DNA from: a virus
Length of the DNA: 64,000 bases
Virus record (IMG/VR): IMGVR_UViG_3300038379_000822
Location: 1 to 64,000 of that record
Strand: one strand, 5' to 3'
Of this stretch, positions 1 through 7,382 are shown piece by piece. The number at the start of each line of letters is the position of its first letter. Positions within the stretch are counted from its first letter, which is position 1. Below the pieces are notes generated by a model that saw only the letters and a list, made by a program, of their open reading frames with translations, was not told the DNA's origin and searched no databases. A program made the position numbers and the translations under genes.

Positions 1-132
1 AAATGCTGCAGAACCCCAAGGTTCCCAGCTTCGCGAGCGGTCCCGGAACTGTGACCGGAACCCTCGCGCTCGCGCCATGGAGCTGGCGCACCATCCCCTC
101 TCGGGCCCCGCCTCGGAGGCGTCATGGTTCAT
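1..132. repeat. Left copy of a 132-bp perfect direct repeat (partner 2604..2735) bracketing the Cas12-like/CRISPR cassette; may continue left of the window
   Basis: Base-by-base comparison shows 1..132 is identical to 2604..2735. Identity ends at 133/2736. In minus sense each copy begins at the last base of the final sense codon plus the TGA stop of the gene upstream (stops at 129..131 and 2732..2734). Confidence 0.95.
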
Positions 133-1565
133 TCGGCTGCTTGCTCCCGAAGAGCAGCAGCCAGGTCCTCCTCTTGCTTGAGACGTTTGTTCCAGGTGTC
201 TGGGTTGAAGCCGCTTCGGCGCAGCATGTGCAGTGCTGCGACAAAGTCGGCTTCTCGGTGAAACGAGCATGCGCGGCAATGGAAAATGCCGGTACGCGTG
301 TTGTGTGCGGCCGTGTCCGTAACGTTGCAACGTGGACACGTGCAGGAGATGTACTCCTGTTCGATCTCGACGAGAGCAAGCTCACTCTTCTTGCATGCCC
401 AGTCAATCGCCGCTTTGAGTTGGTAGTACGGGAAGCGCGGAAGAAACCGTCGCACGTTACGATCTTCGTCCGGACCGATGCCGCCATACTGCTCGATCAC
501 GATGGACCCGCATCCTTGCAGTTTGGCGAGCTCGACCACGGCAGACGCTGCCTGCTGGCAGGCCGTCTTCACGACGCGGGCCTCGAGATCTTCGATACGA
601 CTGACCGCATCGAAGCGACGATCACGCCCATGACCTTTCGCGCCATCGCCGCGCTCATACGGCGAAACCATCCCCATGTCACGCCGGCGAGCAGCAAGGG
701 ATTGCTTCTGCGCGCGCAACTTGTTGCCGCGGATGAGCTTCCGGAAGTGGCCTTCGGTCGACATGCAAGTGATGAAGTTGTGCATCCCGCGATGCACAAC
801 CAGGGCCTTCTGCTGGTCGACGTCCTTCGCTGGCGTCTTCGGCGCGAAGACACTGAGCAGCACCATCCACTTCTTGCCGTCCTTCGTCAAGATCTTGGCT
901 CCACCCATCTCGAGCTCGCCGGCAGCGACTTGGCGAAGCAGGCTCCAGTGCGGCCCCTTCGTCGTCATCAGCGCGACCTTGATCTTGCCTTGCTTGCGAC
1001 CAGGGTCCAGCGTCATGGAGAGCACTGGCCGGTTGTCCTCGAGCGTGATGTCGAGCTCCGCGCGTCGGAGCGCGACGGGTGCCCCCTTTCCCATGGAGGG
1101 CAGCCGAGTGCTGCGACGTTCCTTCAGCCAGCGCTGCACCGACTGCTTGGCGATCTGATCCCATGCACTGACGGTACCGCCCGGAACGCCGCCCTCGATG
1201 AGGGCCGCGAACCGCTCCTTCACCTTCGCATCCTTGTGCGTGGTCACCCACTCGAGGAAGCTGTCGACCTCCATCTTGCCGGCCTCGTAACCATTGGGCT
1301 TGCGCCCGGACTGGAGTGCGTGAGCGTACTCGAGCGTCGACGCCTGGATACAGCGATGTGCCACAGCGGCGAGTCCGCGCAGCGTCGACCCGAGCTCATC
1401 CCAGGTGCGGTTGAGAGGCTTCGCGATCTCGCACGTCAGCGTGCGAGCGAGCACCTCTTTGCGCCGCTGCTCTTTCGCTTGCTTGTTGGCGAGACGGCGC
1501 TCCTTACGGATACGTGCCGCCGCCTGGTCTTCGGTCTCTGGCTGTTCCTGGGGTGCGTCGCTCAT
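129..1565 (-). CDS. Compact TnpB/Cas12-like (type V-like) RNA-guided effector candidate, 478 aa, with His258 where the RuvC-I Asp is expected
   Basis: ORF 129..1874 trimmed to ATG 1565 (GAGGAA 5-6 nt upstream); codons upstream of it are translated CRISPR repeats. TnpB/Cas12 layout: WED-like KILTKDGKKWMVLLSVF, then ALVVHRGMHNF at the xxGxDxG position, IVIEQY (Glu358), zinc ribbon CTCPRC...CRAC, READFVAALHML (Asp440). It lies directly downstream of the array on the same strand. Confidence 0.8.
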   Translation of the reverse strand: MSDAPQEQPETEDQAAARIRKERRLANKQAKEQRRKEVLARTLTCEIAKPLNRTWDELGSTLRGLAAVAHRCIQASTLEYAHALQSGRKPNGYEAGKMEVDSFLEWVTTHKDAKVKERFAALIEGGVPGGTVSAWDQIAKQSVQRWLKERRSTRLPSMGKGAPVALRRAELDITLEDNRPVLSMTLDPGRKQGKIKVALMTTKGPHWSLLRQVAAGELEMGGAKILTKDGKKWMVLLSVFAPKTPAKDVDQQKALVVHRGMHNFITCMSTEGHFRKLIRGNKLRAQKQSLAARRRDMGMVSPYERGDGAKGHGRDRRFDAVSRIEDLEARVVKTACQQAASAVVELAKLQGCGSIVIEQYGGIGPDEDRNVRRFLPRFPYYQLKAAIDWACKKSELALVEIEQEYISCTCPRCNVTDTAAHNTRTGIFHCRACSFHREADFVAALHMLRRSGFNPDTWNKRLKQEEDLAAALREQAAE

Positions 1566-1645
1566 TGTTTCCTCTTCGACGAGATCTTCATCGTGCTTCA
1601 CTGTCTCTCCGGCATCCATTGCGGCGAATGGCGCTTGCGCTTCCT

Positions 1646-2487
1646 GCTCCATCGGCTCTCCGTTGGAGCAGGCGTTGCGACGCTTGCGACCAAGCACGGC
1701 ATCGACGTAGCGAGCATGCTCCACCGGCTCTCCGTTGGAGTAGTCGTTGCGACTCCCCCCCCCCACGTACACGAAGGAGGGGCGTGCCACGACGCTCCAC
1801 CGGCTCTCCGTTGGAGTAGTCGTTGCGACCAATGAGCGCCCGACCGGAGGCTGAAGTCCCTTGCATTGCTCCACCGGCTCTCCGTTGGAGTAGTCGTTGC
1901 GACGCGCACCCGAGACTCCCGAGTCGATGGAGATGCTCGCTCCACCGGCTCTCCGTTGGAGTAGTCGTTGCGACTGCCAGGCCGCCTAGTACAGGCAGCG
2001 CCCGTGCTGCAGCTCCACCGGCTCTCCGTTGGAGTAGTCGTTGCGACCTTCCAAGAGCTGTGCCGAGAGCACGCGCTGCAGGTTGCTCCACCGGCTCTCC
2101 GTTGGAGTAGTCGTTGCGACGGGCCTGTCGATGAAGGACATCGACGTGGTGGAGCTGCTCCACCGGCTCTCCGTTGGAGTAGTCGTTGCGACTGCGCCCG
2201 CTGCTCGAGCCGGAGGACCTGTACGCGACGGCGCTCCACCGGCTCTCCGTTGGAGTAGTCGTTGCGACCCAAGAAGGGCTGACCGTGGTGATCGACGAGG
2301 GGGTCGCTCCACCGGCTCTCCGTTGGAGTAGTCGTTGCGACGCCAGCGCTCTGCTTCCGTGGGGTCCTGCGCAAAGAGGCTCCACCGGCTCTCCGTTGGA
2401 GTAGTCGTTGCGACGGTGGTTCGGCTCGCCGGCGAGCAGCGTCCCGTAGACGCTCCACCGGCTCTCCGTTGGAGTAGTCGTTGCGAC
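1646..2487 (-). CRISPR. CRISPR array: 11 identical 36-bp repeats plus one degenerate terminal repeat, 11 spacers of 35-40 bp
   Basis: Plus-strand repeat GCTCCACCGGCTCTCCGTTGGAGTAGTCGTTGCGAC starts at 1718, 1794, 1868, 1939, 2012, 2085, 2157, 2233, 2306, 2379 and 2452. A 3-mismatch copy lies at 1646..1681. All spacers are unique. The degenerate repeat is at the cas-proximal end, so the leader is inferred at 2488+ and transcription on the minus strand (repeat reads GTCGCAACGACTACTCCAACGGAGAGCCGGTGGAGC). Confidence 0.95.
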
Positions 2488-2603
2488 GGTCCTGCGAAGA
2501 CCCGTGCGGTTGCGCACGCTTGCGGACCGCTTGGCGAGCGGTCCGTGAAAACCCCCGAGGCGAGGCGCGAAAGGGCGGAGAGACGGCTTCCTGCCGAAGC
2601 AGG
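2488..2603 (-). promoter_or_regulatory. Leader-like, highly structured region upstream (minus sense) of the CRISPR array; a possible promoter/leader or small-RNA (tracr-like) locus
   Basis: Three perfect hairpins are seen: 2503..2518 (6-bp stem), 2523..2545 (8-bp stem) and 2588..2605 (7-bp stem with a 4-nt loop, UUCG in minus sense). The position is opposite the degenerate repeat. Confidence 0.4.
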
Positions 2604-2735
2604 AAATGCTGCAGAACCCCAAGGTTCCCAGCTTCGCGAGCGGTCCCGGAACTGTGACCGGAACCCTCGCGCTCGCGCCATGGAGCTGGCGCACCATCCC
2701 CTCTCGGGCCCCGCCTCGGAGGCGTCATGGTTCAT
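2604..2735. repeat. Right copy of the 132-bp perfect direct repeat (partner 1..132)
   Basis: Identical to 1..132. It overlaps the stop codon of the DUF1643 gene (2732..2734). Confidence 0.95.
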
Positions 2736-3364
2736 GAAACGGTCACCTCACTTTCACTCAAGCCGCGTTGTTGCTCGGCCTTTCCAGAGGTCTTCTTGCT
2801 CCGGGAGCGCGTCTCACGCTGCTCGAGTACACACGGCACCACCAGGGAGTCCTTGGGAAGGTACAAAGGATGCGGCGCACCGTAGTTTCCTGGCTTCGTG
2901 GGATGGCGTAGCGCCATCGGCGGTTCCAGCCCCGCCTGCTCACGTAGCTCGCGCAGCCTACGCCAGACCTGCTGGTCACGGTTCATGAATGAGCCATGCG
3001 TGCCCCCCCATGCGCACACCACGCGGTCCGCGGTGACGGCGATCACGCGCAGCCACTCGTCGTTGTCCGGGCCGACGGGATCTACCGCTGCATTCATCGC
3101 CTTGGGGTCGGTAGCGCGGAATGCGAACAGGTTGCCGCCGAGGAAGATGTCGTAACACCAGTCCCGGCAGAACCCGATGCATCGGCGAATCGTGGGATCG
3201 TTCCTCAGCTCGTCGGCCACCGAAGGGTTCAGCATAATGAAGGCGCAGACCTTCGGTGGAGTGGTCCGGAACATCTTCTGCTGCTTGATGGCGTAGCGGG
3301 AGACGGTGTACCGGTAGATCCGGTCCTCGGAGAAGCGAGTGCCGATTTCGTTGTAGGCGTTCAT
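2732..3364 (-). CDS. DUF1643-family protein
   Basis: 210-aa ORF with motifs FIMLNPSVAD, DPTIRRCIGF, NLFAFRAT, GPDND and VCAWGG, typical of DUF1643. ATGA overlap with the upstream gene at 3361..3364. Confidence 0.75.
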   Translation of the reverse strand: MNAYNEIGTRFSEDRIYRYTVSRYAIKQQKMFRTTPPKVCAFIMLNPSVADELRNDPTIRRCIGFCRDWCYDIFLGGNLFAFRATDPKAMNAAVDPVGPDNDEWLRVIAVTADRVVCAWGGTHGSFMNRDQQVWRRLRELREQAGLEPPMALRHPTKPGNYGAPHPLYLPKDSLVVPCVLEQRETRSRSKKTSGKAEQQRGLSESEVTVS

Positions 3365-3798
3365 GGCACGAGCCTTTCGTCTGCCGAGCGCCAGAGGTCC
3401 GCCCAGGTCAAGCCGTGACCGATGCGGAACCGACGCGAGCTGAACGTGACGTACTGATCTTCGGGATAGAACTGCCGCGAAGCCTCACAGTCGCACGTCG
3501 GCAAGATGTAGAAGTCGCGATCATCGGGCTCCACGACCAGTCGGCCGCAGAGCGGCCGCGGTTCATCGTTCACTTGCGGATGCATGAGCACGAAGTACGA
3601 CGGACAGGTAGCGCGGCCACCAGCCGCGACGCAGGTGCGTGGATCGTTGTGTCGCGAGCAGTCGAGCTCGGGCGCCGTGTAGCCCATGAAGCACGCATAC
3701 GAGTAGCCGGTGGCCGGCGCGTAGCGCGAGGTGCCGTTGCTCGGAGGCGCGCAGCTCACGAGCAGGAGCACGGCAAAGAGGAGCGCCATGCTCTTCAT
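3361..3798 (-). CDS. Predicted lipoprotein (145 aa)
   Basis: Internal ATG 3798 of ORF 3361..4131 overlaps the methyltransferase stop (ATGA). N-terminus MKSMALLFAVLLLVSCA is a signal peptide with an LVSC lipobox. The mature part is Cys-rich. Confidence 0.7.
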   Translation of the reverse strand: MKSMALLFAVLLLVSCAPPSNGTSRYAPATGYSYACFMGYTAPELDCSRHNDPRTCVAAGGRATCPSYFVLMHPQVNDEPRPLCGRLVVEPDDRDFYILPTCDCEASRQFYPEDQYVTFSSRRFRIGHGLTWADLWRSADERLVP

Positions 3799-5156
3799 GC
3801 TGCCTGCTCCAGGAGGTTGGCTCGTACGATGGCCGCCGCCACTTGTGGGCAAACGCTGTTGCCAGCCAGGCGCGTCTGCGCCGTCTTCGTGAACCGTTCT
3901 CCGGCTGCGTCGACATTGATCTCGTAGACCGATGGGAAGCCTTGCGCCGCGAAGAGCTCGCTCGGTTGCAGCATCCGCATGCCGATGTCGACGACCGGCA
4001 TGCCACGCACGAGTACCATGCGGGCGGCTGCTCCGGCCTGCCACGGCGAGTCGTGGCTCGAATCGCCAGCGCTCGGCACATAGTGGCCGCGCATGAAGTC
4101 GTACACCCGCTGCGCCTCGATGTCGGACCACTGGTCACGAAGAGTGGCAAGAGCGAGAGCGTGATGGTCGGTGGCCGTGATCGTACCCAGCGGTTGCCGC
4201 ACGTCGTGACCGACGACCCCGCCGTAGTGCTTCAGCACCACGGGCACCACGAGATGCTTATCGTTGGTGGCGCACACGGTCGCCAGCGGCATGTCGAGCG
4301 ACTGGCCGCGGAAGGTCCCAGCTCCGCAGCCGTCGCGGAGCCCCGCGCCGGTGATCGTCGAGTAGTGGCCATGGCGCACCAGGAACGGAGTCGGCGCATC
4401 GACCACGAAGCGATGGATGCCACGTGCTACGCGAGCGAGCGTCGCCTTGGCCAGCGAACGACGACGCCCGAAGATCGAAGGACAGGGAATCGACCAGTCG
4501 ATGATCTCCGCTGCGGAACGCCAGGACTGAGGGCGCGAGCGACCATGCGTCGCCGTTGGCCATGCCGGTCGGCGCCCATCCGCTCGCGCGACCAGGAAGA
4601 GGCGCTTGCGCGTCGTCGGTGCGCCATAGTCGGCGGCGACCAGGCTCTTCCACTCGAGGCTGTAACCGAGGCCCACCAGCGTTTGGGCCCACGCTTTGAA
4701 GTCTTCGCCTTCGCGCGTCTTGTCCGGGTGGCCATCCGCATCGAGGGGCCCCCACGTCATGAACTCCTCGACGTTCTCCACGATGATGACCCGTGGGCGC
4801 ACGTCGCGCGCCCAGTCGATGACCACGTTCGCGAGGCAGCGGAGCCCCTGGCTGCGCGGAGCCTTGCCTTTCGCGCGACTGAAGTGCGTGCAGTCCGGTG
4901 AGGCCCAGAGCAGCGCCGGCCGTTGCCGGCCGCAGACGTCCTTGGGTTGCACCTGCCAGACATCCTCGAGGAAGTGCTTCGTCTCGGGATGATTGCTGCG
5001 GTGCATGCGAATCGCATCTCGGTCGTGATTGACGGCGATGTTGACCGGGCGCCCGAGAGCCATCGCAATCCCGGTCGAGGCGCCGCCGCCGCCGGCGAAC
5101 AGGTCGATGATGAGGTCGCCGGTGGTCACCGCGTCTCTCCCTTGAGCGGCTCCCAC
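3795..5156 (-). CDS. DNA (cytosine-5)-methyltransferase
   Basis: Motifs DLFAGGGG (I), SPDCTHFS (IV), ENVEEF (VI), QGFP and GNSVCP (X). An alternative GTG start at 5129 overlaps the upstream stop (GTGA). Confidence 0.9.
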   Translation of the reverse strand: MGAAQGRDAVTTGDLIIDLFAGGGGASTGIAMALGRPVNIAVNHDRDAIRMHRSNHPETKHFLEDVWQVQPKDVCGRQRPALLWASPDCTHFSRAKGKAPRSQGLRCLANVVIDWARDVRPRVIIVENVEEFMTWGPLDADGHPDKTREGEDFKAWAQTLVGLGYSLEWKSLVAADYGAPTTRKRLFLVARADGRRPAWPTATHGRSRPQSWRSAAEIIDWSIPCPSIFGRRRSLAKATLARVARGIHRFVVDAPTPFLVRHGHYSTITGAGLRDGCGAGTFRGQSLDMPLATVCATNDKHLVVPVVLKHYGGVVGHDVRQPLGTITATDHHALALATLRDQWSDIEAQRVYDFMRGHYVPSAGDSSHDSPWQAGAAARMVLVRGMPVVDIGMRMLQPSELFAAQGFPSVYEINVDAAGERFTKTAQTRLAGNSVCPQVAAAIVRANLLEQAA

Positions 5157-5374
5157 GTCTCGGGCGCGCGCCCGAGGAACATGATGATGTCATCGTAGGC
5201 GAACCCGCCGCGCTGGGCGATGCGCTCGGCGTCCTGCCCCTTGCCGCAGCGCCGCGCGTACGCCTCCCGGATCAGCACGTGCTCGCTCCAGGCGATCGTG
5301 CCACCGGGACGGCTCTGCCCCCGCGGCCGCCAGTGGCCCTGCACGGGCGCGCGACGTTCGTCAGTGCTGGTCAT
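5126..5374 (-). CDS. Hypothetical protein (82 aa)
   Basis: ATG 5374 overlaps the stop of the upstream gene (ATGA); the stop overlaps the GTG of the methyltransferase. The N-terminal part of the longer track ORF is Arg-rich and was trimmed. Confidence 0.55.
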   Translation of the reverse strand: MTSTDERRAPVQGHWRPRGQSRPGGTIAWSEHVLIREAYARRCGKGQDAERIAQRGGFAYDDIIMFLGRAPETWEPLKGETR

Positions 5375-5652
5375 GGTGCGGCTCCAGGCGGCAGCGATCC
5401 CTCGGACGTGACGCCTTCGCGTTCGACGAAGGGGTCGCAGCGGATCAGCTCGAGGTCGGTCAGCGAGCACACGGTGTGAGCCTCGTCGGCCAGAAGCAAG
5501 GCAGCGCGAGCGCGTGCACCGAACCACGTCCGGTGGTTGGCGCGCACGTATAGGCTCGTCCCCGACCCTCGGTACTGGAACAGCCATTGCGTGCTCCCGG
5601 GCGGCGGGGGCAAGAACGCTGCCTTGCGCGACGGCTTCTGAGAATGCTTCAT
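5371..5652 (-). CDS. Hypothetical protein (93 aa)
   Basis: ATG 5652 (MKHSQKPSRK...) is the first start after the intergenic palindrome. The stop is coupled to the next gene. Confidence 0.55.
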   Translation of the reverse strand: MKHSQKPSRKAAFLPPPPGSTQWLFQYRGSGTSLYVRANHRTWFGARARAALLLADEAHTVCSLTDLELIRCDPFVEREGVTSEGSLPPGAAP

Positions 5653-5666
5653 ACGTCGAGTTGCCG

Positions 5667-5684
5667 GTGCTAGCATGCTAGCAC
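5667..5684. promoter_or_regulatory. Palindrome GTGCTAGCATGCTAGCAC (tandem TGCTAGCA), site 1 of a recurring intergenic motif
   Basis: Perfect 18-bp palindrome in the 68-nt gap between two minus-strand genes (5652/5721). The same core recurs at 9859..9888, 27689..27704, 38535..38544 and 54842..54881. Confidence 0.6.
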
Positions 5685-5720
5685 TCGTGAGTCCAGCGCT
5701 CGCCAGGGCGGCGGATGCGT

Positions 5721-6425
5721 TCATGGCGCGTCCATGTCGCTCACAGGCGCTTCATGGCTCGACGGCGTTCTCCAGTCGATCCATCCATGGTGACGCTGCT
5801 GCGCGCTGTCGTGGCGCCAGACGAAGACGCCGTACTCCGCATTGTCGGTGCCGCCTTCGGTGAAGCTCGGTCGTGGCCGCACCACGTACAGCCGATCGTA
5901 CGGGTGTGCATACCACCATGCCCGCCGCTTCGCTCCGCCGAGCACCGACAGCCGAAGAAGCATCGCGGTCGTGGTGCCACACCCCAGCGCCCGCGCAACG
6001 TGCTCGTGCCAGATGGGCTCCCCGTACTTCCGGCCAGGTACAGTTACAGCGAACGGCGGATTGCCCACGACCAGATTGAACTTGTCCGCGATCCGTTCGC
6101 AAGAGTCACCAAGCAGCTGGGTAGGCTCCGTCGTCAAAAAGTCACCGACCACGGATCGGTCGCACAGGGTAAGACCTGGCACCTGCGGGTTGATGTCGAC
6201 ACCGACGATGAACGATTGTTGGAAGACAGTGCGCAGCGCCTGCACGAACGAGCCACTGCCCACGCTGGGTTCCAGTACCCGCGATGGCGGGTCTGACGCG
6301 AAGAGATCGTCCTTCAGTCGACGCACAATGGCCAGCGTGAGTTCCGGCTGCGTGGTGTAGGCGTCATTGGCACGGCGCTTGTGAGCCGGCTTCTTGCGGC
6401 GTGGGGGCGTGGCTTCGGTGGTCAT
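5721..6425 (-). CDS. N6-adenine DNA methyltransferase (NPPF type)
   Basis: Motif I LEPSVGSGSF and motif IV GNPPF, with a basic N-terminus; 234 aa. Confidence 0.85.
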   Translation of the reverse strand: MTTEATPPRRKKPAHKRRANDAYTTQPELTLAIVRRLKDDLFASDPPSRVLEPSVGSGSFVQALRTVFQQSFIVGVDINPQVPGLTLCDRSVVGDFLTTEPTQLLGDSCERIADKFNLVVGNPPFAVTVPGRKYGEPIWHEHVARALGCGTTTAMLLRLSVLGGAKRRAWWYAHPYDRLYVVRPRPSFTEGGTDNAEYGVFVWRHDSAQQRHHGWIDWRTPSSHEAPVSDMDAP

Positions 6426-6511
6426 CGCTTGTGTCCTACTGCGTTCCAGAGCACCACCAGCACCACGAGCGATGCCAGGGTCAGATGAAAGAGGATGTCG
6501 GACGGTTCCAT
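6422..6511 (-). CDS. Small hydrophobic peptide (29 aa), tentative
   Basis: Hand translation gives MEPSDILFHLTLASLVVLVVLWNAVGHKR. The start shares a base with the upstream stop (TGATG) and the stop overlaps the downstream ATG (ATGA), filling an otherwise empty 85-nt gap. Confidence 0.35.
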   Translation of the reverse strand: MEPSDILFHLTLASLVVLVVLWNAVGHKR

Positions 6512-7020
6512 CAGTTCAGGTTCGTCTTGGACGCCGGCGCTTCGCCGGTCGGCGCCTCCTCGGTTTCCTCATCGGTGAACTTCTTCACGATGAGCACGCT
6601 CGCCTCCTGAAGCGCCGACAACAGGACGCCTTCCGGCTGGCCATTGCCCATGGCTTGCGCCAACCCCGTCATGCAGCGCTGGCCATCCGGCGTCTTGCCG
6701 TGCGGGATGTACACGCTGAACATCCATTGGCCATCCGGTAAGCGCTGCGTCTCCAGGGCGAGCATCGTCACGGCCCGCCTCGGCGTGTTCATGCGCTGCA
6801 CCCATGCGTCGCATGCGTTCGCGATGACGCCGATGTTCGCGAGCGACGCGATCGCGAGCGGCTCCGACTGCTCGGTATCGAGCAGCTCTGGGGCGTCCCG
6901 AACTACATTCCTCTTCTGGCGTCCTCGTGCGCGCCCTGCCTGATAGACCAGGGGGGCCACCAGGACGCAGACCACGAACATGACGATGATGGCGACCAAG
7001 GTCGCCTTGGCTTCCGTCAT
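6511..7020 (-). CDS. Hypothetical membrane-anchored protein (169 aa)
   Basis: N-terminal hydrophobic segment LVAIIVMFVVCVLVAPLVY. ATGA overlap with the upstream gene at 7017..7020. Confidence 0.6.
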   Translation of the reverse strand: MTEAKATLVAIIVMFVVCVLVAPLVYQAGRARGRQKRNVVRDAPELLDTEQSEPLAIASLANIGVIANACDAWVQRMNTPRRAVTMLALETQRLPDGQWMFSVYIPHGKTPDGQRCMTGLAQAMGNGQPEGVLLSALQEASVLIVKKFTDEETEEAPTGEAPASKTNLN

Positions 7021-7382
7021 GGCGCCCCATCGTCGGGTGCGTTCAGGTGGTGCTTCGCGGCGTCCGCGAACGATCCGCCGTAGATGCAGTCGAGCTTCTC
7101 GAAGAGGTAGGCGCGCTCGAAGTCTACCATCGGCAGACCGACTCCCGAATGCTTATGGCAGTTGCTGAAGTCGATCCCATCCAGGTGGGCGCGTCGCGCG
7201 ATCTTGATGTACTCGTTCATGAGTCCCGTGAACTCGATGAACGGATGACACCCGATGAGCATGGCGCGCCGGTAGAACTCATGCGATGCGGCGGCCATCT
7301 CGCGGAGCATCCGCTCACGCTGGTCGTGCGTTGCGCACTCTTCGGGTCGACGTGGCATGGCCGTGGTGACGGGATTGTTCAT
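7017..7382 (-). CDS. Hypothetical protein (121 aa)
   Basis: ATG 7382 (MNNPVTT...) overlaps the stop of the pentapeptide-repeat gene (ATGA). The upstream part of track ORF 7017..7829 is Arg/Pro-rich shadow. Confidence 0.6.
   Translation of the reverse strand: MNNPVTTAMPRRPEECATHDQRERMLREMAAASHEFYRRAMLIGCHPFIEFTGLMNEYIKIARRAHLDGIDFSNCHKHSGVGLPMVDFERAYLFEKLDCIYGGSFADAAKHHLNAPDDGAP

Noticed and set aside
1595-1630. Possible additional degenerate CRISPR repeat containing CTCTCC upstream of the cas start
   Set aside because: Only a hexamer plus TTGCG matches, and the spacing to the repeat at 1646 would be 15 nt, out of register with the 71-76-nt period.
3-1835. 610-aa plus-strand ORF antisense to the Cas12-like gene
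   Set aside because: It is Arg/Leu/Ala/Gly-rich shadow-frame composition typical of high-GC DNA. It has no motifs, no coupling to neighbours and no SD. The minus-frame protein has clear TnpB/Cas12 motifs.
2604-2650. Sigma-54 type promoter (TGGGAACCTTGGGGTTCTGCA in minus sense) within the flanking repeat
   Set aside because: The GG and GC elements are not at the required 12-nt register.
2650-2700. Anti-repeat (tracrRNA) candidate inside the 132-bp flanking repeat (minus-sense GCTCCATGGCGC against the repeat 3' end GCCGGUGGAGC)
   Set aside because: The complementarity is only about 6 contiguous nt plus a few interrupted pairs, which is too short to call. It is left as a testable idea under the leader and direct-repeat findings.
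1588-2735. Three long minus-strand ORFs (369, 376 and 249 aa) and several ~95-aa plus ORFs spanning 1588..2735
   Set aside because: They are translations of the CRISPR repeats, shown by the periodic ATTTPTESRWS / NDYSNGEPVE / QRLLQRRAGGA peptides. They are not genes.
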